Source: Promethearchaeota archaeon (GTDB lineage: Archaea; Asgardarchaeota; Lokiarchaeia; Sigyniarchaeales; SOKP01). From it: a stretch of 64,000 bases of DNA. Of the stretch, positions 62,259 to 64,000 are shown piece after piece. The notes beneath the pieces are model-generated. The model made no database searches. It saw only the letters and a program-made list of their open reading frames with translations, and had not been told where the DNA came from. Numbering within the stretch: the first letter of the stretch is position 1; each line of letters starts with the position of its first letter. Location: the NCBI GenBank assembly GCA_029838195.1, contig JALGVJ010000002.1:1-64000 (forward strand), read 5' to 3'. Position numbers and translations under genes: made by a program.

Positions 62259-63881
62259 TTATTGAAAATATTTTCGAATGAATTCTTTTCTAAAAGGTTC
62301 TGGGTTAGGTCCTTTATTCAGATAATAATCCTCATGCTTCTTGTAAAGCTTTACCATATCATCATAAAGTTGCCTATATTGAAGCCTTGGAGTTATTCTT
62401 TTTATAGTTCGCCCTTTTGAATGAGTATTTATTAATTCTCGCCAAGATATTTTTCCGTGAAAATGACGAGTATAAGAATAAATGCTTCTTAACGCAGCAC
62501 CTAACACGGCTGAATTGGTAATATCTAATTTATTTACATGGGCTCCAAAAATATCTGCGATGGTCTGAAGGATTTCATCATTAATCGAAGCGCCACCTGT
62601 AACCATGATCTCTTTAGGCGTTTCATTTATCCATTGGGAATGGAGTTTCATGGAAAGAAACTGCCCCTCGATTATCCCTCGCACATTTCCCTCCATATCG
62701 AATTTATCAAAACCAAAGCGCATTATCCGAGGATTTAATACTAAAGGAACTATCTCTGGTAAATAATATGGAAGCATGATTTTACCAAGATTTCCGGGAG
62801 GTGTGTTCATTAAAATCCTTGAAAACTCTTGCCAACTCAAGCCTAAAGAATTTTTCACGTATTCTCTCGTTAATGAGCCATTTTTATAGCAAATTAAACT
62901 CATGTAATCTCCTGTTGGAGCACTAAATACATGCCCTTCCCCCTTCAAGTCGAGTGAAAGTTCTTTTAAATAACTAAAATAAGTATCACTCGTCCCCAAA
63001 CTAATCGCAACCTTTCCTTTTTCAATCAATCCTACGCCAATCAAACTATTTGGGTTATCTCCGCTCCATGCTACTATATATGTATCGGGATTAAAACCAT
63101 ATCGTTTAACAAAATAAGGTGAAATCTTTCCAATGATTTTATGGGAGGCACATAATTTAGGAAGCTTTTTCTTTAAACCCGGCGCTGTTGCATTAAGTGC
63201 TCTGACATCCCATTTTTTTGATTGGATATTCATTAAATTCATCCCCGCTCCATCGCCATGATCAATAGGGGCATTTTTTCCAAGAAGGAGTGATGATAAA
63301 AAAGAACTCACGAGATGAATTATCGCTGTTCGACCATATTTTTCCGGCTGTTTTTGATAAAATTTCCTAATTTGAGGGCCTGAGAATCGTTCAAACGTGT
63401 CCGAGCCCGTAATTTTTATGGTTGCCTCTTTTCCTCCCAAGGCTTTCCGAATTTCCTCACATTGTTCAGTGGTGCTTGAATCCATCCAAATGGGACTCGT
63501 GTTTCGTGAAAATACGTGTTCAAGTTGAAAAGCGAGTGAAAGCTTGGGGTTCAAATTTTTTAATCTTTTCTCAAACGTGCTGTTTAAGTAAACTTGTCCA
63601 TGTTGCTGTGCAGAACCGCTTATTGCTTTAATTTGCTCTATTTCGACTCCTCTTTTCAACATGTAATCAAACATGGTTTCTAAAGCTTCTATCCAAATCA
63701 AGGGAGGAGAATGAACGGTTTTTTCATCCAGAAGTAAAACGCCATTTTTAGTGTTATAGTGAGGAAATGTGGTTTCAAAATCGAGATCATGAAAAAATTT
63801 TACGCCACTCGTGTTTTTTTCGATTATAATGGCAGTCAATCCCTGCGTAGAGCAATCTAACCCTAAAAATAGTTCATTCAT
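62259..63881 (-). CDS. FGGY carbohydrate kinase, eukaryote-like xylulokinase (XYLB/Xks1 type)
   Basis: LGLDCSTQ, SGSAQQHG, WMDSST, RFSGPQIRK, GDNP, SLGTSDT, CYKNGSL.RE. Confidence 0.85.
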   Translation of the reverse strand: MNELFLGLDCSTQGLTAIIIEKNTSGVKFFHDLDFETTFPHYNTKNGVLLLDEKTVHSPPLIWIEALETMFDYMLKRGVEIEQIKAISGSAQQHGQVYLNSTFEKRLKNLNPKLSLAFQLEHVFSRNTSPIWMDSSTTEQCEEIRKALGGKEATIKITGSDTFERFSGPQIRKFYQKQPEKYGRTAIIHLVSSFLSSLLLGKNAPIDHGDGAGMNLMNIQSKKWDVRALNATAPGLKKKLPKLCASHKIIGKISPYFVKRYGFNPDTYIVAWSGDNPNSLIGVGLIEKGKVAISLGTSDTYFSYLKELSLDLKGEGHVFSAPTGDYMSLICYKNGSLTREYVKNSLGLSWQEFSRILMNTPPGNLGKIMLPYYLPEIVPLVLNPRIMRFGFDKFDMEGNVRGIIEGQFLSMKLHSQWINETPKEIMVTGGASINDEILQTIADIFGAHVNKLDITNSAVLGAALRSIYSYTRHFHGKISWRELINTHSKGRTIKRITPRLQYRQLYDDMVKLYKKHEDYYLNKGPNPEPFRKEFIRKYFQ

Positions 63882-64000
63882 CCTTCCCACTTTTGTAAAA
63901 TGATCAACATTTATTACATTTTCATTACAAAACTTTAAATATTTACATTTATACTATTAACATTTTTCGAAAAAAATACTAAACTCTGAAATTTTTTTAA

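Noticed and set aside
1-64000. CRISPR array, rRNA, integrase/prophage, reverse transcriptase
   Set aside because: No regularly spaced repeats or diagnostic motifs were seen

Overview
AT-rich archaeal chromosomal window that is most likely from an Asgard archaeon (Lokiarchaeia/Promethearchaeota-like). This is inferred from a stand-alone Rab-like GTPase, a roadblock plus longin-GTPase pair, a eukaryote-like E1/E2 ubiquitin pair, TrmB and an intron-containing archaeal tRNA-Tyr with C1:G72. Layout: (1) 1-3.4 kb, small defence/decay islet (PD-(D/E)xK nuclease pseudogene, OAS/CD-NTase-like nucleotidyltransferase, VapBC, IS630 remnant); (2) 3.5-20.6 kb, surface-glycan cluster; (3) 20.6-37.5 kb, housekeeping and eukaryotic-signature genes ending in E1-HAD-E2; (4) tRNA-Tyr with two bulge-helix-bulge (BHB) introns, an AT-rich glycosylation islet and a defective IS701-like element; (5) 42.7-64 kb, metabolic genes including a split PEP-utilising phosphotransferase and a TrmB/xylulokinase sugar cluster. 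Top finding: the ubiquitin-conjugating E2 gene is interrupted by a 31-nt insertion (37243-37273, minus strand) that folds into a tRNA-intron-like BHB/BHL motif. Cutting at the standard endonuclease positions restores a full-length 169-aa E2. It is therefore a candidate mRNA intron spliced by the tRNA splicing machinery, about 300 bp from a tRNA carrying two introns of the same type. All calls come from reading the sequence; no searches or folding programs were run.
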